A DNA stretch of 64,000 nucleotides from Azolla caroliniana (Eukaryota > Plantae > Polypodiophyta): positions 10,478,001 through 10,542,000 of the forward strand of contig JBHGNT010000010.1 of NCBI GenBank assembly GCA_043228905.1, read 5' to 3'. The notes under the pieces were generated by a model. It was not told the origin of the DNA. It ran no database searches and saw only the letters and a program-made list of their open reading frames with translations. Below, one piece after another: positions 24,801 through 38,100 of this stretch. How positions within the stretch are numbered: position 1 is the first letter of the stretch; each line of letters opens with the position of its first letter. A program made the translations under genes and the position numbers.

Positions 24801-27587
24801 GGAGATGTCGGCAAACCCCCGAGATACAAAGCCAGGATCATGGTGAAGGGGTTCCAGTAGAAGAAGGGCGTGGACTTCGACGAGATATTAACCCCGGTAG
24901 TAAAGATGACCTCCATCTGGACGGTGCTGAGTATAACGGCAAGCATGGACCTCGAGGTAGAGCAGCTAAACGTTAAGACGACATTCCTTCACGGTGACCT
25001 CGAAGAGGAGATCTACATGCAGCAACCAGAAGGATTCGTGGAGAAAGGGAAGGAGCACCTGGTTTTCCATTTGAAGAAGAGCCTATACGGACTGAAGCAG
25101 GCTCCCCGACAATGGTACCGGAAGTTCGACTCCTTCATGATCGATCAAGGGTACCACAAGACGCAGGCCGATCACTGCGTGTTTGTGAAGAAGTTCGAAG
25201 GAGGCGACTTCCTGATACTCTTTCTGTACGTGGACAACATGTTGATCGTCGAACGGAACCAAGCCAAAATACAGATTCTGAAGAAGGCTCTCAACCGAAC
25301 TTTCGCGATGAAAGACTTGGGTCCGGCAAGACAGTTGCTGGGGATGCATATCACTCGGAACCGGCCAAGGAAGCAATTGTGGCTGTCACAGGAGAAGTAT
25401 GTGACAAAGGTGCTTCAACGGTTCAACATGTTAGAAGTGAAACCGGTCGGATCGACACTCCCGAAAAACTGCAGATTATCCGGTAAGCAAAGCCCGAAGA
25501 CGAAAGCAGAGAAGGCTGATATGATGAAGGTTCCATATGCCTCAGCCGTCGGGAGCTTAATGTACGCAATGGTGTGTATCCGACCGGATATAGGATACGC
25601 AGTCAGAGTGGTGAACCGGTTTATGAGCAATCTCGGCAAGGAGCACTGGAACGCGGTCAAATGGATACTCCGGTACTTGAAGGGCACTTGAAATATGTGT
25701 ATCCGATTCGGCTCCGGAAAACCTCAACTTGACGGTTTTACCGATTTGGACATGTCGGCGGATGTGGATACCAATCGGTCTACATCCGGGTATGTAATGA
25801 CATATGCAGGGGGAGCTGTTTTGTGGCAGTCAAGGCTACAGAAGACGGTTGCGTTGTCAACTACAGAGGCGAAGCGGAGTACATGGCGACGGTGGAAGCC
25901 AACAAGGAAATATTATGGATGAAGGACTTCATCGGAGAGCTCGGTATCCGGCAAGATGAATACCAGCTCTATTGCGACAGTCAAAGTGCCATCCTACTTG
26001 CTAAGAATGCGGCCTACCATTCCCGGACTAAGCATATCTAGCGAAGGTATCACTGGATCCGGGAAAGAGTAGATGACTAGGAGTTCGCGCTGACGAAGAT
26101 CCACATGGCCGAGAACGGGTCAGATATGCTGACCAAAGTACTGATACCCGACAAGCTGGATGCATGCCGGAAGCGGATCGGACTAGTAAGACATCCCATG
26201 CCGGAGTGAAGGGGGAGTTTGTTAGGAGACAGGTCCCTTCGGATGGGAAGTGAGAAGAACAGTGTTGATAAGCAACTCGACCGAGGCCGGCAACAGAAGA
26301 CCCGGTGAGAACTAGATGTGGAGTACCCAGCTACGGAAGACCCGATGAGAACCGAATGACAAGTACCCGGCAAGAGCCGGATGGTGAATGCCCAGTGAGA
26401 AGTGCTTACCGGATGAAGGGACATATTCGTAAATATGTTTTTTGAGAGTCCATCGGGGCTATATTTGTAAATAGCCGAAAAGTCATATTAGTATAAATAT
26501 GACTTAGGGCAAACTTAGTATGTGTTGCTGTTTTTTTTTTGTCATTCTTTTGGTGTAAGATTAGAGCGCAACAGTGTACAGAGAGAGAGAGAGAGAGAGA
26601 AAGAGGCGAAGAGTTTGTATCTGTGTTGTAACCGCCGCCAGTGGCGAAGACGGTGAACAAGAGGTCGTTGATTCTGTATTCATCTATTGTATATTGTTAC
26701 ATAGTGATAGTTAGTAGTAGTGGACTGCCGTGGTTTTTCCCGTGTTTGGGTTTTCCACATAAACATCTTGTGTACTCTTCTCTCCATTGTGTCGTGCATT
26801 CATTCCCGTTTTCTGTGTTTGATTCTAATCTTGGTTGTGGCCGAGTGTTGTTCATCGGGAGCGTGTATTCCTGACAGAAGGCAGGGAAAGTCAACGCCAA
26901 CACGAAGGAATCGGTGAACCGGCACGCGCTGAAGTCACAACAACGAGGGAGCTGAATTGGGCCTGTTGAGCAAACAAGCTGACCGAGGAGGTCGAGGTGC
27001 ACAGAACAAGAGGGGTCGCGGCAAACAGAACCGGACCGTACGAGGAGTGCGAGCAAGGCCGAGTGGCGCTAGAAGGAGCTGGGCAGAAGGACCAGTTGCC
27101 ACAGACGTTGACACTACGACTGGACCTCAAGTTGAGCTTGAGGGGGAGTGTTGAGCGGCAAGCTCAATTGGAGCCGGATCGGCCGAATAAGCCTGAGTCG
27201 GTGAGTGAGACGGATCGGTGAGCGAGACGGATCGGTGAGCCGGTGAGCACCCAGTGAGCAAAAGAGTCGGTGAGCTAGGGAGCCGGTGAGCTGGATCCAT
27301 CAGTAACCAGAAGCCTAGTAGCAGCTAGACTACTAGGGAGTTAATACACTCGTAGTTAGTGTCAGATGCTCAAGTGAGCATTGAAGTATACCGTACTTCT
27401 GTCAGTCCATATGGACTTGTATAAAAGTGTTCTCTGAACACATACTATGTACAGAGTGTTGATATAATTTTTGAATAGTGATTCTTGTTCTGCTCTCTCT
27501 ATCTCTCCCGTGTACTGTTAACCTCTCCATTAAACCTGTTCTTTGTTTTTTGTTTTCTACTGCTTCTGCACACTATTTGTTTTTACA
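16991..27587 (+). mobile_element. Copia B inserted in the 3' LTR of Gypsy A
   Basis: LTRs 16991-17412 and 27149-27587 (TG..CA); TSD ATAAT; PBS TGGTATCAAAGC (tRNA-iMet, 1 mismatch) at 17413; PPT GAGGGGGAG; gag from 17507, DSGASNHMT protease, RT YVDD, RNase H. Confidence 0.96.
21412..26876 (+). mobile_element. Copia C, structurally complete, inserted in the 3' tail region of Copia B
   Basis: LTRs 21412-22135 and 26220-26876; TSD GAAGG; PBS TGGTATCAGAGC at 22139; PPT GAAGGGGGAG; gag-PR-IN-RT-RH 22166-26209 with stops and frameshifts. Confidence 0.97.
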
Positions 27588-30500
27588 ATAATCTAATATC
27601 ATAGGAATATTCTATATTACTCTACATTCTAGAATAATCTAGAATATTCTAGAGTGTTCTATACACTAGAACCTTCTAGATTACTCTACATTCTAGGATG
27701 ACCTAGAATATTCTAGAGTGTTCTCTATTACTTATAAATAGGGATCTAACAATCATCCCAAACCTAAATTGGTTCAACGTCATTTTGTAGCACTCTATTG
27801 CCTACTCCTTGTAATCCAGTTTACTCTACAATACAATATTTCCCTTTCTCTATCTTTCTCTCTCTCTCTCTCTCTTGACAATAGCTTCCTATACTTTGAG
27901 CTAAAATGCGACACCTCCAACACCACCAACTCTACTCAACTAAACCATCGCACCAAAATACATTTCACAGATGAGCTCTCTGACATCTATTCCCGACATG
28001 TTCATGCCCATCTCTACTCTCTTGACTCTTCCATGCCTTTACAGAATCTCACTACCAAACTCACACACATCCTTCACTCAACATCAATTAGTAGCTTGCC
28101 ATACACAAAACACTCCAACCATAGTAGGATAGGGTTTATGCCACAGAATAGGTGGTATGATGAGGATTGTAGAGACTTGTATAGAAAACTTAAAGTGTTG
28201 CGACTTAATGGTAGTATTTCCTCAGTACAGGCTTGCAAAGAGATGCGCAAGATGACACATCGTAAAAGACGAGCTTGGGAAGCATCTCAATATTGGGAAC
28301 TCCACCACATGCTCATGAGTAGGGACTACGCCCTTGCATGGAAGAGACTACGGGAACCGAGAACATAGGTTGTCCCCCTCAAGTGCGGCATGCCGAGATG
28401 TTGTAGTCCAAGCATCTCTGAGAAGTGTTGCAACTTGTCCAGTTCAAGCGCCTTGGTGAATATGTTAGCAACCTGCCAATTGGTTTAAACATATCGGAGT
28501 TCTACTTCACCACTCAGGACCTGCTCGCGCAAAAGTGGTAATGCACTTCTATGTCCTTCGTGTGAGGATGGAATACGGGGCTCTTGGTTAGCTGCATGCT
28601 ACTGATGTTGTCATAGTAGATCTGAATCGGAGTGGGAACGTCGACCTACAGATCCTGCAACAATCTCTTGAGCCATATGGTGTCACACGTCGCAACGGTG
28701 ACATGTCGCCTCGGTGCTCGACAGGGCGAATGTCCACTACTTCTTACTGCACGCTATTGTCGTGCTCCCAAGGAAGAACATAAAGCCTGATGTTGATCTG
28801 TGATCTTTGGCATCTCCAACCCAATCAACATCAGTATAGCCGTCCCATTGTTCGGCTATGACGTGGCGATATAGTAGTTTATGATCCTTTGTGCCACTCA
28901 CATATCTTAGTATCCGATAAGCGGACTAAAGGTGCTCGAGTGTCGGCCTCTTCATAAACTAACTTATCATGCCAACCGGATAGCTAAGATCGGGTTGGGT
29001 GATGATCAAGTATATTAGACTTTTGACAATTTGTCAGAACCATTTCGCATCACAGGCTACTCCCGAGTCATGGTGAAGCTTCAGGTTTGGATCAAACGGA
29101 GTGGAGACAGATTGACAATCCTTCATGCTGAATTTATTCAACAAAGGAAGTAATGAAGGTCCATTAAATTCTTCATTTTAAATACACTCGACAATTGGGA
29201 CTTTACTCGGCTGATTTCAGCAAGGTCAAGGCCGATGATGACCAGGTCATCCACGTACATCAATATGCACACCGAACCTTTTGCACCTTTCCGGATGAAC
29301 AAGGAAGAGTTTTACTTCGAGACCATAAACCCCATCTTACGCAAATGTTGCGTGATTTTCGAGTTCCAAGCACATGGGGCTTGCTTGAGGCCGTAAAGTG
29401 ACTTCCTCAACCAACAAACTACCAACTTGTTCAGCTCGGACTGAAATCCGGGGGGTTGGACCATAAGTACCTGTTCTTCAAGGTTCCCTTGAAGAAATGC
29501 ATTCTTCACATCCATCTGATGGAGGTGCCACCCTCTTGCCGCTACTACTGTCAACACCACACAAACTATCGTCATCTTCGCCATGGGTGAAAGCTCACGT
29601 CGTAATCGATGTTGTGGGTCTGCACGTATCCCTTGGTCACCAATCGGCCCTTATATCAATTGACCAAGCTATCGGCATTGTACTTTACTTTGTACACACA
29701 TTTGCACCCGATCGGCTTGAAGTGTCGGGGTGGGTCAACCAGGTCCCAAGTCTTATTGGTAGCTAGTGCTCGCATTTTTTTCCTCCATGGCTAATTGCCA
29801 TTTGGCCTACGAACTTCTACCACTTTTGACATGTATGCATAATGATGCACCATGTATTCATTGTATAAGTACCGAATCATTGGGTTCTTGTGGCGAGTCA
29901 ATCGACATAACTTCTCACTAGTTGATTTCAAGGCCCTCTTGGTCACATCTAACCTCAGTTCCCGAGGTTCCTTTTCAGTCTAGTTGGAATTAGATTCTCC
30001 CTAATTCAAGGCACCTCTATTCGTGTTGTACTCTAACACCTTCATCTTCCTTTTCTCTTTGCACGTATACCGTCTCCTCGACTTCTAGCGCGGGGACTAC
30101 ACGGTCGAGTCTTCACTACTCGTCGGCTCTTCATCCGACTAGTCATTTTGACTTAGCTCTTCATTCAACCCACTCAGCTTGAATGAAACTGGAAACTCTT
30201 CCGGATGGTCAATTTCTTCGTCTTCAATTGCCATATGGGCCTCATACTCAGTAATCGACACAGAGTCTTCAGGGGTTGGAAGAGAATACCAAGATGCTAA
30301 CTCATCAAAGATAACATCGCTGCTCACTTGTACTTCCTTCATTTGGGGATTGTAGCACTTGTACCCCTTCTATTCATGTGAGTAGCCGACAAAGATGCAC
30401 TTCTCCAACTTGGCGTCCAACTTCTTCCGCTTCTCATCCGAAACATGCACATAGGCAGTGTTGCAGAATACCCTTAGGTGTTTCAAATTCTGGTTGCGCC

Positions 30501-30763
30501 CGAAATACTACTCATGTGCTAACACCTTTCCTCCATGTGTAGAAATCCAATTCTGCTTGTACATAGCCGTCTGAACGGCTTCGTCGCAGTAAAACTTGGG
30601 CATGCTCTTCTCCTCCAGCATTGCCTGAGTCGCTTCAATAATCGACGAGTTCTTCCTTTCGGCTACGCCATTCTGCTTTGGCATATATTTGTAGTTGAAT
30701 TCACGTTGAATTCCCATCTATTGTAGATAACAGCTGAACTGGGCGGAAAAGTAATCTTTCCAG

Positions 30764-31652
30764 CGTTGGCGTAGTGTATTTTGCACACTACGTGAAAAAC
30801 ATAGAGTACCCGATTTAATAAATATGAAGAAAATATGGAAGTACATATTATATGCATAGGGCAAAATTCAAACCTTGTACCTCCATGTTAATAATGTGAA
30901 GCCTTACCATTACACTAACATATCATTAATGTCAAAAAAATAGATGTCCCACATAGAAAGGTAAGTTCACGCTAGGATAAACTTTAGGAAAACGCATGAT
31001 AAAAGAAAAAGCTACACATGCACATGTAGTGTGCATGAACACTATAGTCGATAAAAAACGCATGACTTTAGAAAAAGCATGTTAGAGAGCATATAGTCTA
31101 TTGATAGAAAAAGCATGGAGGGCATAATTAGAGAAAAAGCATGGATTGTTAAGACTCTCTCATCACTATATAAGGATGGGGAGCACAATGTAATAGGAGA
31201 AAATTATGGATGAAAAATCATTAGGGTTCAAAAATAATGATTAATAAAATAAACTATGCTTGTGGGATTCACAAGTTTTCTATATCTTCTCTTTCAATCT
31301 ACATTCATATTCTTACATAAATATTGATTAATATAATACTTGTGGGATTCACAAGTTTTGATCTCTTTTCTCAATCTACTCTAATCTATTCTAAACTATT
31401 TCAATTTATTACTACGATTAAGATAAACTAAAACAACTATACTTGTGGGATTCACAAGTTTCTATATCTTTCTTTTCCAATCTATTCCAAAGTATAATTA
31501 GGGTTAAATATTAATAAAACTAATAAAGTATATTCATGGGATTCATGAATTTCTATCTCTCTTTCTTATAATCGATTTATATTCTTATTAGCCTTAAAAC
31601 TCTCCTCCTCCTAGTCCAAAACCTCGGCGGTTCCCACCCGACTCACGCAACA
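30764..31652 (+). mobile_element. Solo-like Gypsy LTR related to the Gypsy F LTR, inserted in the integrase of Copia G
   Basis: Interrupts the CLRSD/GGKEYF-type motif; 3' end GTCCAAAACCTCGGCGGTTCC..ACA resembles the F LTR end; TATA at about 31166; no clean TSD. Confidence 0.7.
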
Positions 31653-32257
31653 ATCCGACGTTGAAAGGCACAACAACATCCGAGTGCAGCTACTTCATTT
31701 TCCTCTCCAGGTCTCCCTTTCTACAAGATTCTTCAAGTTCCAGAAATAGAAGACATCACTCTTCTTCTCTATTAGGTAAATCCACGTGTGTCGGCTATAG
31801 TCATCGATGAAGGAGACGATGTATTGACTCCTGCCCAGACTCACATTCTGTGCCGGTCCCCACACATCCGAATGAGTAAGGTCGAGCTTCGATTTTGCTC
31901 GTTGGGGAAAGGAAGCCAGTGTTGCTTCCCTAACTGGCAGGCTTCACAAACTTGGGCCTTTTGGCCACTGAACTTCGGCAAGCCGAACACAATTTATTTT
32001 GCTTGCAACAACTGAAGCCTTTGAAAATTGATGTGGCCGATCCGCTTATGCCACAAGGTGATATCTGATTTGACTCTTTATCCTTTGGTGAACATTGTGG
32101 TGCTGACGTCATTCATGTTGAGGATGAACATCCTCCCTTCTCGTCGCCCTTGCATGATGATTTGTTCTTCTTCATCAATGAAGCAGTTGAGGTGAGTGAA
32201 CCGAACTTGCATTCCTTGGTCGACAATCTATCCAACTGACACCAAATTCTTGGTGAT

Positions 32258-33194
32258 AAGAAACAATTAGGTTTCAAATTTATGAGATATGGAGCTTTCA
32301 TAAGAATAAAATAAGGGCTATTTGAGAGATATGGCTTCCGTAAGGAAAATTATGGTTATATGAGAGATATGGCTTCCGTAAAGAAAATTATTAGGGTTCT
32401 AGTTTTTGAGAGATAGCTTTTGTAAGGAAAATTAGGGTTTATGTGAGAGATAGCTTCCGTAACGAAAATTAGGGTTTATGGCTTCGATAAAAAATTAGGG
32501 TTTCCCCCCCCCCCCCCCCCCAAAAGATCGCTTTGATCCCCTAAGGACCATTAGGATCTATGGAATATCAAGAGATAGCTTTTCTCCTCGCTACTCGCAC
32601 TTGCATGAAGGAACTCCAATTTCCATCTTGAGTTCAATTGCATGCATCCACATGACCTTTACTTTACATAAAGTTTGACTTTAGTTGCATGCGTTCACAT
32701 AACCTTTACTTTATAGTTCAGCCGTATGATCCGTCCGTCTCGACCATCGCCCATCCGAATCATTTAGTTGCATCCGGCCCATCCAATCCGGTCCGGTTCC
32801 GTCGCCATCCCCATCCGGTTCCATCGCCATCCGGTTCATCCAAAACCATTAGGAGTAATTAAGCCACATCCATCCATTCGGACAGTGTAGCCCAAGTCCA
32901 ACCTTGAACATTCTGTGCTTCACACATAGACATAATGTTATAGGTCCTGGGTCTCCTTATATACTATGGGATGCGATGTTGTCCTATCTATATGGGATTT
33001 CTCACAATTTTGTTTTCCTCTTCTTCTCAAACTTCACACACACATAACTTGATACTTGTTTATCCGTTTCATGTGTAGTAAAATGAGTTATGAAGCTCTT
33101 GAAGACATCTATCTTTCCATATCAAACTATTTTAAGCTAATCTTAAATAATTATTTTACTATTTTTTATATCGTGTGTGAAGAACCACATGACA
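32258..33194 (-). mobile_element. LTR-like insertion in the protease region of Copia G, with about 38-bp tandem repeats (32320-32500)
   Basis: Begins TGTCATG on the minus strand at 33194, immediately after the VVETG codons; TATATAAGG on minus at about 32960; left end unclear. Confidence 0.55.
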
Positions 33195-35169
33195 CCGGTT
33201 TCGACGACCCCCGGTTGTTCCTGTTTCTCAAGGTATGAGAACCACTCTTCGTGGCTCTTCATGTGATTCGAAGCCCCAGAATTAACACACCACACCTCAT
33301 TTGCTTTCAAGGTGCTCATCTTCATCGATTTGGTCGTATGCTTCATTACAAATGCAGGACCCGTTCCGACTTGATTCAAGTCCCCAGTGATCGTTGCCGA
33401 TTTTCCGTGCTTTACCTAACTCGGCTTTGTCGAAGTTGACCTTCTTCTTCCAACACTCGCTTTCCTTATGACCCTTTCAGCCATATCACCGGTAGTCAGA
33501 GGCTTTGTTTTGCTTACCTTCGGCACCACCCTAAATCCCCCTGCTTGTGGAGGGTCCACTACTGTCGGCACCTCCTCGGTTCTGATTCTGCTCTTGTTGG
33601 TGGCCACCATTGGGTGCCGATCCATCGTGTTCTCCATGACCATGGGGCCTATCCACCTCCTGGTAAAGCATTTGGCTATCGGACTACGTGCTCCTTGATG
33701 CACTTGTGTGGTTTTCTTTTACCATGAGCATCGGTTGCATGTCGAAGAAAGACAATGGTTTCTCCCTCATGCAAATGGTCGTTCGGATTGGCCCGTACCT
33801 CGGAGCTAGACCACCAAGGAAAATCTGTACTATTTCTTCCTCATCCACTGACACATTGATGGACCCTAAGGCATCGTAGATCTCCTTGATCTTCGTGGTG
33901 TAGTCGATCACTGACATATGCTTCTATCGGATATTGTTGAGTTCTTGGCAAAGCTACAACTTCCGTGCCGTGTTACTTGTGGCGAAAATCTTCTTGAGAT
34001 ATTCCCATGCCTCCTTCAACATCTTTGCAGTCCAAATGTAGCCCAACATCTGATCGTGCACACAAGATGCAAGGCAGTACAAGACTCTATTTGCTGCTTG
34101 CTCCCAGTCCGGAAAATCCTTGTGTGCCAATTCTAACGCTACTTCATTTTCTCCTTGGATGTAACTCCAGTAGCCATGCTCGAGCAGGTACTAGTGCATC
34201 TTGTATTCCCAAGATGTGTAGTTTCTTATGTCCAATTTCTCTGTCAGAAGAGCACCACCCATGCCTCTATCCATGTTTCTGTTCTTCCTTTTGCCGGAAC
34301 CCTGCTAATGACTCTTATGCAGAAGCTTGTGAACTGGCAGTTGGTCGATTATTTAGAAAATGAACAATTCGTTAACACACAACACATAGTACAAGAGAGA
34401 GGGAGAATGAGTGAGACTGAGTGAGAGCAGACAACCAAAACTCAATTACAGACAAAATTCAAAGTGTTACTTTACATAGTACTTATGTGCACTTTATATA
34501 TACAAGCCCTTCTGTCAGGGTTGTTAGGAAGTACTGACATGCACGTCAATGCTCTTAAAAGAGCATCTAACATCGATTGCCTATGTTGGATTTAAATAGG
34601 TCTACTCAGCACATGTGATGTTCCGAACAGCTTCCTCAACCGCTCTGTCATCCGGTCCGTCATCTGGATCCGGTATCCAGTTCCTTCAGCCGATCCGACA
34701 TCCAGTTTGAAACCTAGTTCGGAGCTTAGGCTTATCAGCCTAAGTGGGCCTAGCCAACTAGATGGATTCTAGTCTGGCCTACCTGCTTGTTCAGCCGGTC
34801 CGGCCCATATTGAGCTTGCTCGATCAACATTGAGTCCCATCGATTTTCTTCAAAGGTCTTCTGACAAGATTTATTCAATTTCTTCGTTGAGCGTCAGCTT
34901 CATGGAGGTGTTCATGACAGTTGTGCAGAAGACTTCCCAACTTTCCAGTAGGCTCAAGAGAAGAACAAGGGCTTTGATTTGTTCCTCAAAGTCCGTCCAA
35001 CACCCGACTAAAGGTGTTGATGTGAGAGTTTGCCGGTTGTGATTCCTTCATCTTCATATTGAATAATTTCCGGATCAATATGACTCTCGATGAAGAGGAT
35101 TTCTTTTCATACATGTGGTTTTTGTTGTATATCTGCCAACAATAGATTGCTATAACCGACAAACACAAT

Positions 35170-38100
35170 ATGTCGAATGTTCTGAACCCAACATTCTACC
35201 AAGATGATTGAGGTGAGAAATGAATAGGACATACTAGCCGGCAATCAGAGTTGCTCACTAAGTAACCGTGATCGACTACTTGGCTTAATATAATTAATTA
35301 GCTGACGCAGAAGCAGAGTTCGACACAGATTAGCAATACCGAATAATAACAACAAAGTTGACACAAAGATATACTCTAACTACTAACTTATATTATTTCA
35401 AAATAGAAGTATAGGACTACAGTGCTTTGGGTCCCTTTTTATAGGTGATCTGAGAGTCTCTCCTCAAGATTTACAGTTGTCATGTTCTACAAGAACTACA
35501 ACAAAATTGTCCTAACTAACTCTACTATTTTGTTCTTAGCAATATATATTATCATTCTATTTCCGACTCATAGATCCGCATCCACGATTTGACCCTGAAA
35601 GTTGTCGATTCATCCTTCCTTTTACACTTGTCCAACTCCAACCTTCCGACCCTGGTTGCCAATCGGCTAACACTTGACACGCCTGTGGGATAGTGACGTG
35701 CACAGTCAAAACCTACCCTTCACATATGCTCAAGATCATCCTCAGGTTCAGCGTCCTCCTCCTCCTCGTTGACGTCCTCATTTAGGATGTCGAACAATGT
35801 CGGTTCCTCCTCGGTTCTAGTGTCGGTGTCGGTCGCATGTGGTTCCTCCTTTGTGCGGCGCGTTCAGTCTGCGTCTATTTCCTCTAGCTCCGGGTCGGCT
35901 TCCTCGGAGTGTTCGGATGTGGCTAGAGAAGGTGTCTTGTCAGTGTTGGGTCCCAGTTCAGCAGCCTGCTGCTAGCGGTCTCGCTCATAAGCATCGAGTC
36001 GCGCTGGTGTGTCGATCTCGTGTGCATCATAATCCTCCATTAAGCGTATGATCTCCTCTCGGTGACTTGCAGCAAGGTTGTACATATCATGCGCTAGGTC
36101 TTCTTGGATAATGGTAATGGCATCGTCGTTCATTTTAAAGAGCTTGGTGCCCTACTTCTTCCGTTTCTCTCTATCGGCATGGAGAAGTTGCAATTCAGAT
36201 GTCTGGCCCGACCAAGTCTGCCAACCTTTATCTAGTGAGTCGACGACCAGTTGATGTGTTTGGCGCTTGTGTACCTTCAAGATGAGGTTCACCTTCTCTT
36301 TGCCCATACTCACCTTGTATTGCATTGTGGCAAGCTCCTTTCGCATCTCCACCAGACAAGCTTTTGCTGACCCTTGGTCGAACATTAGCTTCGCCTTTGC
36401 CACCAACAATGCCAGTCTTTTCTCCTCATACCAGCTTTCGAGCTCTCTATATTTTTTAACTAGGTCATCGTTCTTCATGGTGAGTTGTTTCTTTTGCTGC
36501 TCATGGGTCATCTCCATCTCTGTCTTTTCGACCACAAACTTCGACATTTGTTCAGCAGAATTGTCCTCCAGGATCTGAACACATTGCTCGAGCTCTTCTA
36601 TCTTCTCCTACTCCACTTGTGTCTTCTGCCTTTGTTGTTCCACCTCTTGCTTTAATTGTTGTATGGCGTCATCTTTGGCATCCAGTAATGCCCCTATCTT
36701 GGTCTTAGCTAGCCTAGATGATCTTCCATCTTTTTTACCTTAGTCTCAGCTTCATCTACACGCTTATTAGCCTGTTTAACCGCTTCTTCTGAAGCCCGAC
36801 ATTGCTCATACTCCTTCATTTGTTCTTCTATCTATCAGAGTCGATCCAACGGTTTGTCCTTGTCCTTTTCCAATGCACAACATTGGGTATGCAGTCGGCC
36901 AGCTGCCATTGTCACTCTTTTACATGCCTCTGCCATGTCCTTTGCAGCTTTGTTTGTTCTAGCGTACTCTCTATGCACTTCGAGTAATGTCGTATGAAAA
37001 GGAGGCATTTGAATTGCCTATCCCCTGTTTTTGGCATCCCTCTACCAACCGATCTCTATAGCTCATGTTGTTCCTCCAGTTTGATCACCTCGAGCATGGC
37101 CTTCTGAATCATTTCTCAATCCTTGTGTTCCTACGCCAACATTTCGGACGCATGTTGTAATCCATGAGTTCGTAAGATGTGCCAAATTGCAATAGTCCTG
37201 CGAACTCGTGGGCAGTCGATGGTATTTCATGCAATCAAATTACTGCATTTGGGGTCATGGATGATGATTTCCCTTTTTCAATAGGCTCGAGATATTCTGC
37301 TGAACGAGTATTCTGCTTCTTACTCGAGATATTTTAGAGTTTGGATTTCTTAAACAATGGCTTCTTCGGCATCTCGGTGGTAGTCAACTCGGTAGCCGAT
37401 GGCGTAAGGGAGGTTGTAGTGGCACGAGAGCTACTCCGAATCAAGACAACATAGCCATCAGAAGTGGTCAGACTCGAGGCCCACTAGACTCACCTTCGCT
37501 GGTTTATTTTAGCCCCTTTGGTTGATTTATAACCAATTATTGTAATAACCACCGAAATCGTGGTGTCAAGCCTAATAATTGTAAAAGATAAAAACAAAAA
37601 CCCTAATTTATATCAAAACTTATGTATATTTCCCCATGTCTTTGTCTTAATCTCCCACTTCCTCACTACTTTTGTCTCCCCGGTCCAAGGCCTCGGCGGT
37701 CTCGTTCAAGCAACACACACAAACGAAACTTTGCAACACCATTGTCTTTTAGTTGGCTGATTTTCATCTTCTATTTGGGGATGCCTCTGACTTTTTTGTT
37801 TTGTCCTCAACTTCTTTGTTCGGGGCCGACTCTCCTGCTCTGCTTCATGTTGGGGTGCTTGTGCTAGCTCTGGTTCGGGTTTGGGTTCTATGTCCGGAGT
37901 TGCGGTCGCCTCTGGTACTTGGGTGTTAGTTACGGGGTTCAGAGTAGGTGTTGCCTCTGGTTGTTGCTAGTTGTCGGGTTCAAGGTTTTCAGTCCACTAT
38001 GGTTGTTGGGTTTTTGGTCGTGTCGGTGTCAGTTCTTGCCACTCTTCCCGTGGAATTGCCCTCCGAACCACTAGTGTCAACCCTGGGTGTGAGGACTGCC

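Larger units (their letters stand above)
12986..27880 (+). mobile_element. Gypsy A: chromovirus (Tcn1/Tf1-like), internally deleted
   Basis: TGTCA..TGACA termini; TSD ATAGC (12981-12985 / 27881-27885); LTRs 12986-about 13206 (partial), 13424-13835, and 16869-16990 + 27593-27880; PPT GAGAAGGGGGATAG. Confidence 0.95.
11063..28368 (+). mobile_element. LINE with ORF1 (about 11340-12140) and the AP-endonuclease part of ORF2, interrupted by Gypsy A and truncated at 28368
   Basis: Coiled-coil ORF1 with IYLDEYLT motif; APE motifs TLWNCN, LVETH, GGVAIL, ICYFPP, GDFNAR; frame resumes after 27885 (PQNRWYDEDC); starts after (CT)n at 11026-11062. Confidence 0.85.
28369..34829 (-). mobile_element. Copia G (related to B), degenerate, 3' end lost, carrying two LTR insertions
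   Basis: 5' LTR about 34330-34829, whose start (minus strand TGTTGATCGAGCAAGCTCAAT) resembles the B LTR start; gag (33684..33917), protease NSGASNHM, integrase [21 protein letters not shown], RNase H to about 28375. Confidence 0.88.

Noticed and set aside
32380-32521. Interstitial telomere (TTAGGGTTT) and C homopolymer
   Set aside because: Single TTAGGG motifs inside about 38-bp repeats of an LTR-like insert, not a TTTAGGG array
34830-35165. Possible L1-type ORF2 fragment on the minus strand
   Set aside because: Only a weak, stop-ridden resemblance; insufficient support
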